NCBI GenBank assembly: GCA_017477125.1
Contig: JAFUXN010000014.1
Coordinates: 1,872-65,871, forward strand
Source of the DNA: Selenomonadaceae bacterium
GTDB taxonomy: Bacteria > Bacillota > Negativicutes > Selenomonadales > Selenomonadaceae
Direction of reading: 5' to 3'
DNA length: 64,000 bases
In this document: in pieces, positions 62,987 through 64,000 of the stretch
How positions within the stretch are numbered: the first letter of the stretch is position 1
How the letters are laid out: every line of letters begins with the position of its first letter
Position numbers and translations under genes: made by a program
Notes under the pieces: generated by a model
What the model was told of the DNA's origin: nothing
Databases searched by the model: none
Seen by the model: only the letters and a program-made list of their open reading frames with translations

Positions 62987-64000
62987 ATGGCGGAGAAGAA
63001 GAGCACGAGCGTTCGGCTCAACACGCTCAAGATCACGGGCGTCGAGTTCCTTGAAGTGATTCAGCTCAAGATAACGCACGAGGCGAACGAGTATGCGCGC
63101 GCGCGATTGACGCTGGTGGTCGACGGCGAGAAGGGACAGAAGTTCATCGAGCAGGCGGGCGCCGACAAGATCAAAATCTCGGGCAAGGCAGGCGACAAAG
63201 ACGTCGTGTTGTTCCAAGGGTACATCGTCAATCTGATATTCGAGCCGCGATATCAACGTAATTTGTTGACGATCGAGCTGTGCGACGCCGCCTATCTGCT
63301 CACGCTCAAGCGCGAGACGAGCTCGTTTCAGAAGCTCGATGCGAAGTACGCCGACATTTTGAAGACGGCGCTCAAGTCGACCGACGGCACGAAGGTCACG
63401 TTGAAGGTCACCGACAAGGCGATCGAGAAGATGATCGTGCGGCTCAACGAAACGGGTTGGGATTTCCTTCGGCGCATGGCGTCTCACTTCAGCGCGATGG
63501 TCTTCACCGACATCACCGCCGAGAAGCCGCTCATAACAATCGGGCTGCCCGATCCCAAGCAGACGATCGATTTGGAAGAGGCGCAGGCTACCTATACGCA
63601 TGATCCCGCCGCCTTCGGTTTTCTCGACGCCAACAAAGACGTGTTGCTTGCCAAGGGCGCCAAGATCGTCGCCGAAGATTTTTCGACGGTCGCGATCGGA
63701 GGCTGCCAACAATATCTGAACGTCGGCGACGCGATCAAGCTCAACAAGAAGGAATATCGCGTTAAGGGACTCAACGCCACCTTCCGACACAGCATTCTCG
63801 AGGTGAGTTATACGCTCGTCGGCAAGACGGCGTTCGTCGTGCCGCTCACCATTCAACAAAATCTCCACGGCAGAGTTTTTCGCGCGCAGGTCAAGAAGGT
63901 TGAGAAGGACAAAGTACAGGCGCATTTGATCGACGTCGATGAGAAATTCGACAGCAGCGGCAAGATGATGTTCCCGTTTGCAACCGCCTACTCGTCCGCC
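62987..64000 (+). CDS. VgrG-like spike protein, copy 2 (runs off the window end)
   Basis: Absent from the ORF track (no in-window stop). My translation from the ATG at 62987, 1 nt after the RHS stop, stays open for 338 codons. It gives MAEKKSTSVRLNTLKITGVEF...LNETGWDFLRRMASHFSAMVFTD...LHGRVFRAQVKKVEKDKVQAHLIDVDEKFDSSGKMMFPFATAYSSA, which parallels copy 1. Confidence 0.6.
   Translation, partial: MAEKKSTSVRLNTLKITGVEFLEVIQLKITHEANEYARARLTLVVDGEKGQKFIEQAGADKIKISGKAGDKDVVLFQGYIVNLIFEPRYQRNLLTIELCDAAYLLTLKRETSSFQKLDAKYADILKTALKSTDGTKVTLKVTDKAIEKMIVRLNETGWDFLRRMASHFSAMVFTDITAEKPLITIGLPDPKQTIDLEEAQATYTHDPAAFGFLDANKDVLLAKGAKIVAEDFSTVAIGGCQQYLNVGDAIKLNKKEYRVKGLNATFRHSILEVSYTLVGKTAFVVPLTIQQNLHGRVFRAQVKKVEKDKVQAHLIDVDEKFDSSGKMMFPFATAYSSA

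Noticed and set aside
60034-63925. Long minus-strand ORFs 60034..60804, 61586..62452 and 62480..63925
   Set aside because: They are antisense to the VgrG-like and RHS frames, which carry recognisable family motifs. They show the typical Arg/Leu/Asp-rich shadow composition.
58202-64000. Simple prophage tail-spike explanation for the VgrG-like genes
   Set aside because: Rejected only provisionally. No integrase, capsid, terminase or lysis genes lie in the 6 kb present. DUF4280 plus RHS is characteristic of effector-delivery spikes rather than ordinary phage tails. Downstream sequence is needed to settle it.

Overview
This 64-kb chromosomal window looks like it comes from a flagellated Firmicutes/Bacillota-type bacterium. 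It is moderately GC-rich by eye; I did not compute GC content. The taxonomic guess rests on synteny that matches Bacillus and Clostridia: rbgA(ylqF)-rnhB-ylqG-ylqH, cdaA-cdaR-glmM, flgM-flgN-flgK-flgL-yviE-fliW-csrA and flaG-fliD-fliS-fliT. I support about 60 genes. Most are housekeeping: typA, rimO, pfkA, addB, queF, ilvE, glmM, recG and one tRNA-Pro. There is also a 10-kb late flagellar block. Five things stand out. (1) At the 3' edge (58.2-64.0 kb) sits a contractile-injection-type spike module: a PAAR-like DUF4280 protein, two VgrG/gpD-gpV-like proteins and an RHS-repeat protein with no toxin domain. It is led by a vWA-TM-FHA-like membrane protein and lies next to a decayed, low-GC TnpB element. 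(2) A three-gene operon (23.9-29.0 kb) encodes a beta-CASP MBL nuclease, a GrpE-like protein, and an Hsp70-like ATPase with a roughly 300-aa helical tail. It looks like a non-housekeeping, possibly conflict/defence, module. (3) A family of GC-rich palindromic intergenic repeats occurs at three loci, including five tandem hairpin-plus-T-run units after mscS. (4) A FliK-like (YlqG-type) protein carries a Q/N/P-rich tandem-repeat tract of about 1.4 kb. (5) A C10 homopolymer frameshifts an FkbM-type methyltransferase gene, which makes it a phase-variation candidate. All family assignments come from reading the translations by eye and from memory, with no searches run. Start codons were re-picked from RBS context and are approximate.
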